Assembly (NCBI GenBank): GCA_964016885.1
Contig: OZ024743.1
Location: 223,820,001-223,884,000 of the forward strand
DNA from: Eledone cirrhosa
Lineage: Eukaryota
Length of the DNA stretch: 64,000 bases
Direction: 5' to 3'
The notes under the pieces are model-generated. The model saw only the letters and a program-made list of their open reading frames with translations, had not been told where the DNA came from and made no database searches. The position numbers and the translations under genes were made by a program. Of this stretch, positions 36,231 through 50,074 are shown in pieces; the first letter of the stretch is position 1, and each line of letters begins with the position of its first letter.

Positions 36231-37005
36231 TGAGGGTCTTTGAAAAGGGTGTCTTGCTAATAAGTGTTTTTACGGAGGTACCTGGTCTTTCTACTATCTT
36301 AATATTGAGTTTATGTTTATCTAGGGCCCTTCTAAATTTAGAAGGGCCCTGTTGGTATGATATGGAGAAATCGACCTGTTACATGGCGATATGACTGGAG
36401 TGCACCATCCTTCCTATAGACAATCCTACCCGTAAAGCTGCACCACAGCTAACCAACTTTTCTTTTCACTGATTCATGCTTGCAAGCTTTCATACTCTGC
36501 CTGTACATCCTGTATTTGCACTGCTTACGAATTGATGTGTCTATGCTTTGCTTTGTTTTTTTGTTGTTTTTTGATCATGCTGAGTAACACCCTCACTCAT
36601 TTCTTGTTATCCTCTCTCAACCTCCTTATGATCTATTGCACCATTTATGTGATAAACTTTTGATGTAATTTTTTATGACATTTTATGCGTCATGTATTGT
36701 GTGTTTCTCTATATAGCGCTGGCCTTGGGACCTCCCTACTTGTCCTTTATCCTTGTTCTGGTGACTGAGCTCGATGGATCCTGCAACCTTTGATATATTT
36801 TTGTTTATATGACGATTCATCCATACCCTATGACGATTCCTGCCATAGGGTATGGATGAAACACTGTTAGCAAATAAAACAATGTATTTCTAAGCACTCT
36901 TTGGTTATTCCTATAATTATAACGGCTCTGTAGTATACTGGTTATCCTACATTGAGCTAAAACCACACTGTCATACCAAAGGCAATGTATCTGCGTGTCT
37001 GTGCG

Positions 37006-37056
<51 letters not shown>

Positions 37057-37215
37057 TGAAGTTGGTAGTTCACCACTGGATATATATTTATATATATATA
37101 TATTAATAAAAGATCGTAGACCATATTCAGTTGATTCAGGTTTATTCAAAAATCCGTTAAACATATTTCACTGAAGACCATGGTGTGGTCCGCACATCTC
37201 TGTTCGGTTAACCCC

Positions 37216-37292
<77 letters not shown>

Positions 37293-37360
37293 ATAATAAT
37301 AAATTTGAAGACTAAAATCCAAATATTTATTAATCTGTTATTTTAATAAATATATATATA

Positions 37361-37509
<149 letters not shown>

Positions 37510-39049
37510 CCTGAAGATCCTGGGATCGCTGACCTAGGATGACCTTAATCACATCGAGCAAGAGCAAACAGGAGGAGAGACGGTTCCACCATAACTTGAT
37601 TGGAACTTATTTCATCAACCTCAAAAGAATGAAAGGAAACGTTGAATTCTGCGGGATTTTGACTTAGCCAGAAGAAAAGGCGCAAGTCATTTTTATCTAT
37701 CTATACAACTTACTTTTTCTAGCTGAGTGGGCTAGAGCCACGTGAAATGTCTTGCTCAAGAACATAGAGCACCGCTGAAAATCCATATTACGACCTAGAA
37801 ATCATGAGTCGATCGCACAAACCACTAAGCTATGGACCTTCTAATTTAACCGCCAATTATTTTATAAAGCTCCTGAAAGAAAATAAAGACCAAATCGGCC
37901 TTAATAGGGTTTCAACATGTAAATAGCATAACTAAATGTAGCAAGGTATTTTGTCGGTCACTATAACGTTTCTGTCAGTCTACTGCCCTTAAGACAGGAT
38001 ATTATACTGATTTTTCAAAACACAAATACACGTTCTCAGCTTTATAAGGCAACAGGGGAATTCAGCTTCTGTAAATTTATGCAGGAAAAGAAGAATAAAA
38101 AGAGGGGGAATAAAAACACCGCTTTTACAATATTTGAAGACACGGTTTAAATTGGTTTTACAAATTCTGATGTAAAAAAATGAAACCACTTCCAATTCAA
38201 TTATTTCCTTCTTTATTTATATCGATTTTCCGTCGAGCATTTAGGAAAATTAAACATTCGCTTCTTTGAAAGTTTAGAGATCAATCAACAATTTTACGTA
38301 TTTCTAGGTATTCTATGTATTTCGACATGCATTACGAACATGTATATATATAGAGAGATATATATATATATAGAAGTGGTAACACAACAGTTAGTTCACC
38401 ATATGTATATATATATAGAGAGAGATAGATACAGAGAGAGAGAGTGATGTAATCATTTTTTATATTAAAGGAGACTTATTTTATTTTAGTAAACAACTTG
38501 ACTATGAGCACCAAAAACCAAACGTGCGTGGCGTGAATTCCTAAATGCTTTGGAGTAAACATTTTGTCAAAACTGTGTGAAAGATATGTAGGTATGTATG
38601 TGGTGTGGTAAATAAATATATACATATACACTAGGTCCAAACACAAAAGAACCAAACTCCCACAGTCACTAACTCCATCTCTCCCGCTCTCCCCATCTCT
38701 CACTATTATAAGCAAATGTGGACCTACAAAACAAAGAGGCTCTCAAAAATCTATCCTTAATCTCCCTTCCAACTCCCCGTTTCCCCACACCCTCTTTTCC
38801 CCTTGTTATTCATCTCCTCGCCCTCTATTACCACATTTTTTTCTCCACCACACATTCTTCTTCTTCTTCTTCTTCTTCTTCTTCTTCTTCTTCTTCTTCT
38901 TCTTCTTCACGACACCCATTCCAAAGAAACTATAAATACTGAAGCTGACAAAAATTGTTTGACTTTCCTGATGATTTCTTACAAATGAAACAGTAGTTCT
39001 AGTCCTGTAGAAATCATTTCTATAAATGTAGCATATAGTTACGTCCCTT

Positions 39050-39310
39050 TACCTTCTGAGTTCAAACCCCACATTTCATCCTTACGGGGTCAATAAAATA
39101 AAGTGCCAATAACGCACTGGGGTCGATTTAAACGATATTCTCCTCCCCACAAAAAATTGTTGGCCTTGTGTCTAAATCAGAAACCATTATTATTGAGTTT
39201 ATTGAGTTCAAATCCCGCCGAGGTTAACTTTGCCTTTCATCCTTACGGGGTCGATAAAATAAAGTACCAGTAATCTACTGAGTAATTGCTGGCCTTGTGC
39301 CAAAAGTATA
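39050..39310 (+). mobile_element. Two adjacent SINE fragments of a second family (other pieces at about 43505-43655, 44675-44760, 48760-48905, 58400-58470)
   Basis: Recurrent gagttcaaatcccgccgaggt.aactttgcctttcatcc...ggggtcgataaaataaagtacc. Confidence 0.65.
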
Positions 39311-39852
39311 AAATTATTATTGAGGTCATTATGTGTGATAATACAATACAACTATTAATATGTTTAACAAACGATACTTAACCAAAGTTATATGTATATT
39401 TTTTTCTTTTGAAAAGAAAATAATACGATTCCAAATAAAACCAAAATTATTGATATACAATAAATACGGGATTTATAGAGTTGAAATTTATTAATTGTTA
39501 TGTTTCCAATAAAGCAATATACATTTATTGTAGTCACCTCATCTAGGTTGAAGTTGTCACAAAATACAATAAGATTAAAAAGGAAAGACAGAAAATGACT
39601 GGGAAAATATCCATTTTAATTTATTGAAGTAAAAAATGTGATGGGCGAATAAATGAATAAATAAATGGATGTATGTGTGGGTTGATGGACGGAAGGATAA
39701 AAGGAGGGCTAGACGGGGAGATAGATAATCAGCTAGATGGACAGATAGAATGGTTCTAATTAAGTACTGACTTTGTCTGTGGTGAGTCGTCCTCTCATAG
39801 CTTAGAAAAGCGGACTATAAATGATGATGATATCGATAGATAGATAGATATC

Positions 39853-40731
39853 TTTCTTTATTTGCCACAAAGGCGTACAAGAAATGGGACATTACAAGAC
39901 GTTTTACATGAAAATCATATAATTTTAACATTAATGAATAACAATAAACTATATATAAACTAAAATAACAATCGAAATCTCCAATAGTGGGGAACGTTGC
40001 TGCAGACACCCCGTAGATAGAACAACCCTCAACACCAGGAGCACGTTTTGTAGGTGTCCCCGTCTTCCCTCTTTTTGTCTTCCTCAACCTACAGGTTTAT
40101 ATACAGAGAAGGCCCATTCACTCGGGCCATTTTCTCTACATTCACCTTCCTTTCAGCGAATTTACTGGGGTGTAGCACCTCTCTCTTCACTCTCACCTTC
40201 CTTCTGAAGTGGTATTTAAAGAAAGAGATGAGTTGTTGTCTGGAGAGAAAGGTGTTTGCCCTCAGTCCTTTTAACCTCGCCCACCATGTTACCTCTTTCG
40301 CCATAGCCACAAGACAGAGGAAAACCACCTCTCCTTCATTCTTAAATGAAGGTGGTGGAGTGATCCCAACGATGGACTCGGCTGACAACTGGATGCGTCC
40401 CACACGTGTTAGTAGCTGTTCGACATAATTCCACAGGTGGGTCACCCCTGGTCACTGAACAATTGCGTGCAGAACGGTTTCAATGTCCCGCTCGCATCTT
40501 GGACAGGTCCTTTTAGCAGGATCCCTGCCAGGGCGTCCTTGCCTGTAGATTTTGTCTCGAACCGGTAGAGCTCCTCGGTAGCACTTCCAGGCCAGAGACA
40601 TCTGGAAGTTATCCATAGGTCCTGGACGGAAAGTCCTCCCGAACAGACTGGCCAGTTTGTCCTCTTCGACGCCTAGAGTTTCCCCGAGAACGTCGTCGCA
40701 CTAATCCCCTATAGAATGTCGACGTGGAGTC
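39853..40731 (-). mobile_element. L1/Tx1-type LINE copy D, 3' fragment, further subfamily
   Basis: Minus-strand ORF2 C-terminus ...ARVNGPSLYINL*. The 3' end AATAAAGAAA abuts (GATA)n at 39835-39850, i.e. (TATC)n on its own strand. Confidence 0.9.
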
Positions 40732-41021
40732 TCCGGCCCGCCAACAGGCTTCAATCTTAGGCTAAGTGATCCCCCAAAAAGTGGTCTGAATTATTTTGGA
40801 TTAGAATACCGACTAGAGAACACGTCTAGCCACAAGACTCACTTAGCTGAACGTAATGGAATCTCATTAAACAATTTACTAATTCTGTCTGTATTCTATT
40901 TGTAGTAAGGAATGTCATTAAAGTAATATCACATAAAATTTATTGTTCTTCTTTAAATCCCGGGATTAAGGTAACTTTTTGGACAGAGCAGTCTGACGTC
41001 GAACAAATTTATTATATTTTG

Positions 41022-42707
41022 ATAGCATGGCCCGCCAACGAGACACTGCATAGCAATGTGGCCCGCCAACGAGACACTGCATAGTAATGTGGCCCGCCAA
41101 CGAGACACTGCATAGCAATGTGGCCCGCCAACGAGACACTGCAGAGCAATGTGGCCCTCCGACGAGACACTGCAGAGCAATGTGGCCCGCCAACGAGACA
41201 CTACATAGCAATGTGGCCCGCCAACGAGACACTGCATAGCAATGGCCCGCCAACGAGACACTGCATAGTAATGTGGCCCGCCAACGAGACACTGCATAGC
41301 AATGTGGCCCGCCAACGAGACACTGCATAGTAATGTGGCCCGCCAACGAGACACTGCAGAGCAATGTGGCTCGCCAACGAGACACTGCATAGCAATGTGG
41401 CCCGCCAACGAGACACTGCATAGCAATGTGGCCCGCCAACGAGACACTACATAGTAATGTGGCCTGCCAACGAGACACTGCAGAGCAATGTGGCCCACCG
41501 ACGAGACACTGCAGAGCAATGTGGCCCGCCAACGAGACACTGCATAGCAATGTGGCCCGCCAACGAGACACTGCATAGTAATGTGGCCCGCCAACGAGAC
41601 ACTGCAGAGCAATGTGGCTCGCCAACGAGACACTGCATAGCAATGTGGCCCGCCAACGAGACACTGCATAGCAATGTGGCCCGCCAACGAGACACTACAT
41701 AGTAATGTGGCCCGCCAACGAGACACTGCAGAGCAATGTGGCCCACCGACGAGACACTGCAGAGCAATGTGGCCCGCCAACGAGACACTGCATAGTAATG
41801 TGGCCCGCCAACGAGACACTGCAGAGCAATGTGGCCCACCGACGAGACACTGCAGAGCAATGTGGCCCGCCAACGAGACACTGCAGAGCAATGTGGCCCA
41901 CCGACGAGACACTGCAGAGCAATGTGGCCCGCCAACGAGACACTACATAGTAATGTGGCCCGCCAACGAGACACTGCATAGTAATGTGGCCCGCCAACGA
42001 GACACTGCAGAGCAATGTGGCTCGCCAACGAGACACTGCATAGCAATGTGGCCCGCCAACGAGACACTGCATAGCAATGTGGCCCGCCAACGAGACACTA
42101 CATAGTAATGTGGCCCGCCAACGAGACACTGCAGAGCAATGTGGCCCACCGACGAGACACTGCAGAGCAATGTGGCCCGCCAACGAGACACTGCATAGTA
42201 ATGTGGCCCGCCAACGAGACACTGCAGAGCAATGTGGCCCACCGACGAGACACTGCAGAGCAATGTGGCCCGCCAACGAGACACTGCAGAGCAATGTGGC
42301 CCACCGACGAGACACTGCAGAGCAATGTGGCCCGCCAACGAGACACTACATAGTAATGTGGCCCGCCAACGAGACACTGCATAGTAATGTGGCCCGCCGA
42401 CGATACACTGCAGAGCAATGTGGCCCGCCAACGAGACACTGCATAGTAATGTGGCCCGCCGACGATACACTGCAGAGCAATGTGGCCCGCCAACGAGACA
42501 CTGCATAGTAATGTGGCCCGCCGACGATACACTGCAGAGCAATGTGGCCCGCCAACGAGACACTGCATAGTAATGTGGCCCGCCGACGATACACTGCAGA
42601 GCAATGTGGCCCGCCAACGAGACACTGCAGGGCAATGTGGCCCGCCGACGAGACACTGCTTAGCTATGTGGCCCGCCGACAAGACACTACATAGCAATGT
42701 GGCCCGC
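41022..42707. repeat. 31-bp minisatellite, about 54 units
   Basis: Unit tagcaatgtggcccgccaacgagacactgca with recurrent variants; one 29-bp unit near 41240. Confidence 0.97.
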
Positions 42708-43313
42708 ACACCCCAAAAGCATGTGAATATCATGAATACCATCCCCTTTCCCCATTTACTGTCTCACAAAACTGAATCCATCACTACAGCCTGAATCCAT
42801 CACTACACCTATTACTGTTCATAATACAATGACTTGGATACAACAGTTAATATTAGAAACCAATGGCTGTTATTGTTTCTGCTTAAAGATTTATCTTATT
42901 ACAATCTCATTCTGTCTTTATTAAATATCTTTATTTTCAATATGCGGCCAGCAGCATTTAATGCTGCTAAATTCTCTAACACAAATGTATTGACATAATT
43001 CAAATTACAATATTCCCATAGCAAACTCTATTGTGGATAAATCCTCTGACAAATGTCCTTCCAGATTATTCAAATTAGGACAGCTATCCAAGATTAATAT
43101 ATATTTTACTTTTTATTTTTCCTTTTAATTTTGTATTGTTTGTCGTTGTTTTGTCTATTTTATTTGTTTTGTTGTATTTTTTTTCGTTTTTTTTTTTTAG
43201 ATTCTTTGTAACAACTTACAGCGTCTGGTTGGAATTATAGTCCTTCAAACTTGCGAATCATTAATTTAATCTTTCCTTTTCTAACTTAATTTAGTAGCCA
43301 ACATTAAAAGAGA

Positions 43314-43314
<1 letters not shown>

Positions 43315-43400
<86 letters not shown>
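43315..43400. repeat. (TAC)n microsatellite
   Basis: Directly visible. Confidence 0.95.
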
Positions 43401-43733
43401 AGGAATGATGAAAGGTGAAATTAACTTCAGTACATGATAGGAACATATTTCATTTTTGCTAGAACTAAAACAAAAAGAATACAAAAAAAAATAATAATAA
43501 TTGTTTCTACTTATTGGCACAAGGCCAGATCCCGTTAAGGCTAGCTTTGCCTTTCATTCCCACGGGGTCGATAAAATAACGTACCAGCAACGCACTGGGG
43601 TCGATTTAATTGACTTTCCTTTCTCCCAAATTGTTGGCCTTGTGGTTAAATCAGAAAGCCCCCACGTCAGCCCTAACCAAATATATCTATGAGCATTCCA
43701 TGTTCGTTTTGCAGGTTGAGTATATGTATGACA

Positions 43734-44055
43734 GTGAAGGCGCGTGGCTTTGTAGTTAGGGTATTCAGCTCAAGATCGTAAGGTTGTGAGTTCGATTGAC
43801 GACAGCGCGTTGTGTCTTGAGAAAGACACTTTATTTCACGTTGCTTCAATCCACTCAGCTGGCAAAAATGAGTTGTACCTGTAATTCGAGGGGCCAGCCT
43901 TGTCACATTCTGTGTCACACTGAATCTCCCTGAGAACTACGTTATGGGTAGGCGTGTTTGTGGAATGTTCAGCCACTTGCACGTTAATTTTACGAGTAGG
44001 GTTTTCCGTTGATCGTATCAATTGGAACAATTGTCGTCGTAACCGACGGAATGCC
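43734..44055 (+). mobile_element. tRNA-derived SINE
   Basis: A-box-like tggctttgtag and B-box-like gagttcgatt; 5' half homologous to 9243-9510, different 3' half. Confidence 0.75.
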
Positions 44056-44595
44056 GCTATATGTAAGACAGCAATCAGCAACTTCTTTTGGTATTGGTCC
44101 ACTATATATATTTTTTGTTTGTGTGTTTGCTCATACCCCAGATGTATAATATCATTTTTCCTTACATAACCCTATCCAACAACAAAATACAACAAAGCTG
44201 GCAAAAATCACACCACACAAAACAGAATTACCTAATAAAATTAAAATTAAAGCCCATCTACTATACAGACTACTAGATAAATTAGAACCATATACATTGT
44301 AGTGCACCAAATACTTAGTCATATCAACAGAAAACCTTCTTATGCTCCACAGATCTTACATATGAAAATCCGAAAAAGGTATGAAGTCTACAGAAAACAC
44401 TTCAATGGCCCACGAATATATCATATATCTTATACATAAAGATCTGAAAAGTCTAAGGCTCACAGAGAACACTAATGGAATCGTATGGAGCGCCATTCAG
44501 GCACACAATTGGATCAAATGGTGCTCATTTCTCTCCAGGTCGGAACACAGACGATTTGTTTCAGCGAAATAAATAAATAAATAAATAAATAAATA

Positions 44596-44627
<32 letters not shown>

Positions 44628-44631
44628 AAAA

Positions 44632-44671
<40 letters not shown>

Positions 44672-45319
44672 AAATCGATCCCAGCATCAATCTGATACTT
44701 TGTTTATCGACTTCGGAAGGATGAAAGGCAACGTTGACCTCAGCTAAATTTGGACTCAGAGTTAAATATTAAGAGCTACAGTATTAGTCTACACTATTAT
44801 TAGTGAACAGGAAGAAACAAGATAGATTTTCACACACATTCAACAAAAAGTGTATTGAGTCAATATTTATTTTGTGATATGTATATTTATTCATATATAT
44901 ACATACACAAATACACTCACATACGCACACATATATCCCTCACAGATACACATACAAATACTCATGTGCACATATATACCTACACAAACACACACATGCA
45001 CACACATTCTTAGACATACACACAAGCAGGTTTTAAATACGATTAATGCTATTTATCTAATAGCTCTTGGTGATAATTTTCTCAATGACGTTTTCCATTA
45101 AACTAACGAACTAATTGCTCATGGTTTGATAAGTAAATACATACACATAAACATACACATAAACATATATACTACATACATACATTCATATATACATACA
45201 CACATAAACATGGTGTGGAATAAAATAACGTCGTCATAAAGAAGTATTCATTCTTTCGTATGGTGAATATTATTCTCAACAACTTTTACCATTAATATAA
45301 TCCTATCCTATCCTCGATC

Positions 45320-46408
45320 ATCCAGTAAGACGCCTCGCTGATTCACACGTCGCTCCCATTCACTACGGTCATTCATGGTGGTCTTGAGGTCCACTACTGC
45401 CTCACTCTCTGTGTCTCTTCTAGCAGAGTGTCAACGTAGGTGATTCTTCTCCTTCCTCCAGAGTTTCTTCCCTCAATAGGTTACCAGAGCACTAACTTGT
45501 TTGCCACTTCATCATTGTGTCTGATGCAGTGTCTGATGCAATGTCTGATGCATCCTCTTTGTTAAATTTTTATTAAACTTTTGGAAATCATCATAAAGTT
45601 CTAGATTTGTTGCATAGCTTCTCTATGGCACATTGAGTGCCATTCTAAACCTTCTGATGTAGCTTCCATCTAATTGCTCCATGAAGCAAAACAGATTTTA
45701 TTGTAGCCACGAACCATCTAATCTTTCGTCTTCTTGGTAGCTTGGAACTCCATACCTTTTTTTTTTAATATATGGCATGCTGTCTATGCTAGCGTTTTTC
45801 TTACTGGGAAGTCTTTTTTTGAAGCTTTGGTCCAGGATTCTAGATATTTAAAATTATTAACAACTTTCAACGTTTCTCCACTTTTTACCGTGATATCAAC
45901 AGTTGCATCATGATTGAAGACTTCCAACTCTGTTTTCTTCCCATTGCGATACAATCCAGCCTTTGCTTCCTCCAGTTCTAATCTGCTCAGTACCTCTTGT
46001 ACCTGATCTATCTCTTCAGTTAGCAGGACCAGGTCGTCTGCTAAGTCTAGATCTGAAGCAGTAATTGCAGGATGTCTTCTACTTCTTTGTCTGTGTACTG
46101 TGAAATATATTTTGCGCATCATGTAGTCCAAAACAATTGTAAACAAGAAAGGGACTAGTGTGACGTCTTGCAGGACTCCTGCAATTATTTTAAAATAGTC
46201 GGTTTCACAATCAGGACTAATGGCTCTTGCTTTGGTACCGTCGTTCATTTTGCTATTTGTTCCAAGTAAGCTTTGTGAAATTCCATAAGCTTTTAGAATT
46301 TTCATAATCTTTTAGGCAGAGTCAAAAGCTTTCTTGAAGTCTATTTAGATAATGATGGCCTTTCTGTTGTGACTCTTCAAACCTTCAATCAGACTTCGTA
46401 GCGCTAAC
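45320..46408 (-). mobile_element. Decayed RTE-clade LINE, RT to 3' end
   Basis: DFKKAFDS, AGVLQDVTLVPFLF, DLDLADDLVLL, FKYL. Confidence 0.75.
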
Positions 46409-46888
46409 CGAAACCCTTATGATGATTAATAAAAACATGGTAAAATGAATAGCTATCTTCTTCGAATAAATGCAAATAAGTGCCTTTTGAAAGAGGAATG
46501 TAGCAGTAATCAAGCTGATAAATAGCATGTGGATTGGTGTTTCATTTATCATGGCAAAACTGGAAGGGAAGGTTACAGAACTATCAAGAGAAATTTCTGT
46601 AGACCTTTAAAATTGAATCAAGGCCTATAGCTATTCTATAAAACGCCAAGGAAGATGCGGAGCTGTATTATTTATAAGGCTAACTAGGCTGAAGTCTAAG
46701 AACCCTATAGAGACCCATCAATATTGTTTCCTTTCTTGCTGTAGTGAGGTGAACTCACAACCACAAGCCGAACCATTAAACCACGTGTCTTCACTATGAA
46801 CATATGAAATCGAGATTACAAATACACACACACATGTACATACACACATGCACACACACATACACACATACTTGTGTATATATATATT

Positions 46889-46967
<79 letters not shown>

Positions 46968-47048
46968 ATATATACATCCATACATACGATAGATACACAT
47001 ATACATATGTATATTTATATTTGCATGTATGTAAGTATGTATGTATTT

Positions 47049-47148
<100 letters not shown>

Positions 47149-47398
47149 TGCTCGCCTATATTCAACATTTGATAATGCCAATGATCTTAATACATGTTTT
47201 TGTTAAATTCAATCCGTCTTAATAATCCTGATGATATGCAGCTGTTTTGTGTATTGTGCGATTAATTGTTGATTAGATATAACTGATAGATTCGTTGTGT
47301 GCAGTATGCATGTAAGCTTATCACCCATATAAAAACTATCGTAGATATTAAAGATGGATTTAATTTAAAAACTTTGGTTCTCTTCCCTTTAGATATAG

Positions 47399-47481
<83 letters not shown>

Positions 47482-47491
47482 CACATGTCCC

Positions 47492-47539
<48 letters not shown>

Positions 47540-49753
47540 GTCCCCCATATATATATATATATATATATACACATGTCCCCCATATATATATATATATATA
47601 TATATATGCATATAAACTACAGTATTGTATTACTGGTCGTCAAATTGGCGCCGTTGTGTGATAAGCATGTAATGAAGCGAAATATGAGTAACTGTAAAAT
47701 CTATGGAAGTTAGGAGACTATTAATTATATTGTTTTGGGCTGCCTAATAAAATCATTTGATTGATTTATATTCATTGCTACAATATAAGCTCTCTCGGTT
47801 TCTACTATATCTTTTCACCTGATGGCTAAATTACAAAAGAATTTCATATCTCTCGACTTAATTATACTTGAAGTTTGGTGTTTATAACCTTTCTATTTCT
47901 TATCTTCGAAGCTCTTAACAAAATTTCCATGTGATGATTTGTGTGACATTATACTTTCTGGCAACAATAACCGCAGTGAAATTTTGAGGACTCGATCACA
48001 TCAGTATCGCATCATAGACAAACGTGATGTCGAACGAGCACTCTCTTCACCAAAATGCAGACAAACAACACAAACAACACAAACAACCGAACCACAGAAA
48101 TACAAACAACATTCCTGCCAACACAAACGTGACAAAAGCGGTCATGCTGCTGTCATTCTCTTACATTTCTCCGAATTTTCTCTATCCAACAGTTTGTCAA
48201 GCAACCAGGAAGAGGTAAAGGGAACCATAAAAAGGCCTCCCCGCCCCACCACCACCTCCGCCTCATCCAAAAGGACAAGAATTAAACCTACAAAAACAAA
48301 ATTAATTGAAAACCCCACAACAGCAACAACAGCAATACCAGCAATCAAATACTCCCCAATTTTAAATAAAAACAAAATTAATTTCTATTAATACAGTGGA
48401 GTTTATACAAGAATTCAATGTGTTGATTTACCGTAAGGAGTGAAATAATCTAATGTTTTGGATAGTTGTCTTTCTTCGAAAAGACAAATAAAGAATGAGA
48501 GTTAGGAATGAGAAGTGAATTAAGTAAAAAAGTGATATGAAGAGGTTCGTGTTGCGTTATGAGTAGTGTGTGAGTTGTAGGATGGTGAAGTTAGGTATGG
48601 GGGAGAAGCAAAGGCTCAAGTGGGTTGAAATAGGAAGGTAATTGTGGTAAGTGAGAATTCAAGGTAAAAGGGAAGAGATGGAAAAAAGGACACTACACAG
48701 GTCATTTCATAACAGTATTGTATGGCTTTTGTCCTTTAATATATTACTATGTTACGAATTGGCAGAATCGTTACGACGTCAGGTAGAATGCTTTATGATA
48801 TCCGTTCAGGCTCTCAGCGTTCTGAGTTCAAATCCCGCCGAGATCAACTTTGCTTTTCATCCTATCGAGGTCGATAAAAAACTATCAGTCCATTATTGGG
48901 GTCTATTCTTTCTCTTATATCTCCTACTTCTTCTCTATCACTTTTTCCACTTCTCTGGGGAGGAGATGGGCTTCGCCAGATTTTAAAGATACCCAAGAAA
49001 CGCCGCTACTACAACACCTACTACAAGGATTTACATATACAGACATACAAATTACTAGAGTTTGTACCAGACAACGATAGAACCTTTAGATAGTTGCTAA
49101 ATCTGCTAGAAATAGCAGCCAAATATTCAAATGACTCATTTTACCGTTTTAAAACAAAAGGCGTGTATGCTGGATAATATAGTCCTGGGTAGATAAGACG
49201 CCAATTTGAACCCTCAGCAGGATTGATCTTTTTGCAAATAGCAGCCAAATCTGTTTTATATCATAGATTACTTAATATCTTAAAATAGGGACACATTGGA
49301 CTAATGAGTCGAAATACTTTTTGCCTGAATAACAAAATGTTAATTATATGTCTACTCTTTCAGAGTCGAGGTGGGTTAATCATCATCATCATCATCAACA
49401 AGAACAACAACGACGACGATGACAATAACAACAACCACAACAACGACAGCAAGTAGAACTTTATGAAAATATGTTTCATTAATTAATTTGTCCATATCGT
49501 AATAAATGCTTTGATGAAAATCTCAAGAGTTTTCATCCGAAGCAGCATACTATATGCAATAGGAAATGTACTGTTTTTATTATAACCCATTATCATATGC
49601 GTGGGTCGAATCATGAAAGTGGAAAGCACGGTCTACTATAGGGATTTGAAAATGACTCATTCCATGCATAAATATATTTCAAGTGTCCTTTCTACATTTT
49701 TTCTGTTATCGCATCATTCTATTTATATCTATCTATCTTATGTCTGCTGCCTG

Positions 49754-49754
<1 letters not shown>

Positions 49755-49831
<77 letters not shown>
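49755..49831. repeat. (TATC)n microsatellite, 5' flank of copy E
   Basis: Directly visible. Confidence 0.95.
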
Positions 49832-50074
49832 CAATCTAGCTGTCGTTTGTTCTACAGTGTGGATGTAATTCACTTCGCGCAGAAGTTTTGTTCAAATTTA
49901 TTGCGGAAATTTTGTGAGTTCAAATTTAATTTTGATACTATTGTGTAGCTTGACACCCCGTCTGAACTGTCAGACGGTGGGTCAGCTCATCTTACCCCTC
50001 CTAGAGGTGAAAAACCTGTTTTTTTAAATTTTGTGGCAAAAAAAAAAAAAAAAATTTTCAATCGTCTGACAGAA

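Larger units (their letters stand above)
35388..36350 (-). mobile_element. 5'-truncated Penelope-like element (Neptune-like Cys-rich linker) with pLTR and tail
   Basis: Linker CIDKKCITCKISPLINCKTRNVVY, GIY-YIG domain, hammerhead at 35603-35645, tail running into (TA)n. Confidence 0.85.

Noticed and set aside
38961-39004. CTGATGA-tttcttacaaat-GAAAC-agta-GTT
   Set aside because: Core spacing fits but stems I and II are too weak to distinguish from chance.
41022-42707. CRISPR-like array
   Set aside because: Units are contiguous with no unique spacers, there are no cas genes, and the context is eukaryotic.
40953-42794. Long Cys/His-rich ORFs in several frames
   Set aside because: Translations of the 31-bp minisatellite (93-bp period); no zinc-finger spacing or unique coding context.
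47939-48391. 150-aa ORF
   Set aside because: Low-complexity A/C-rich sequence with no recognisable motif and a non-ATG start.
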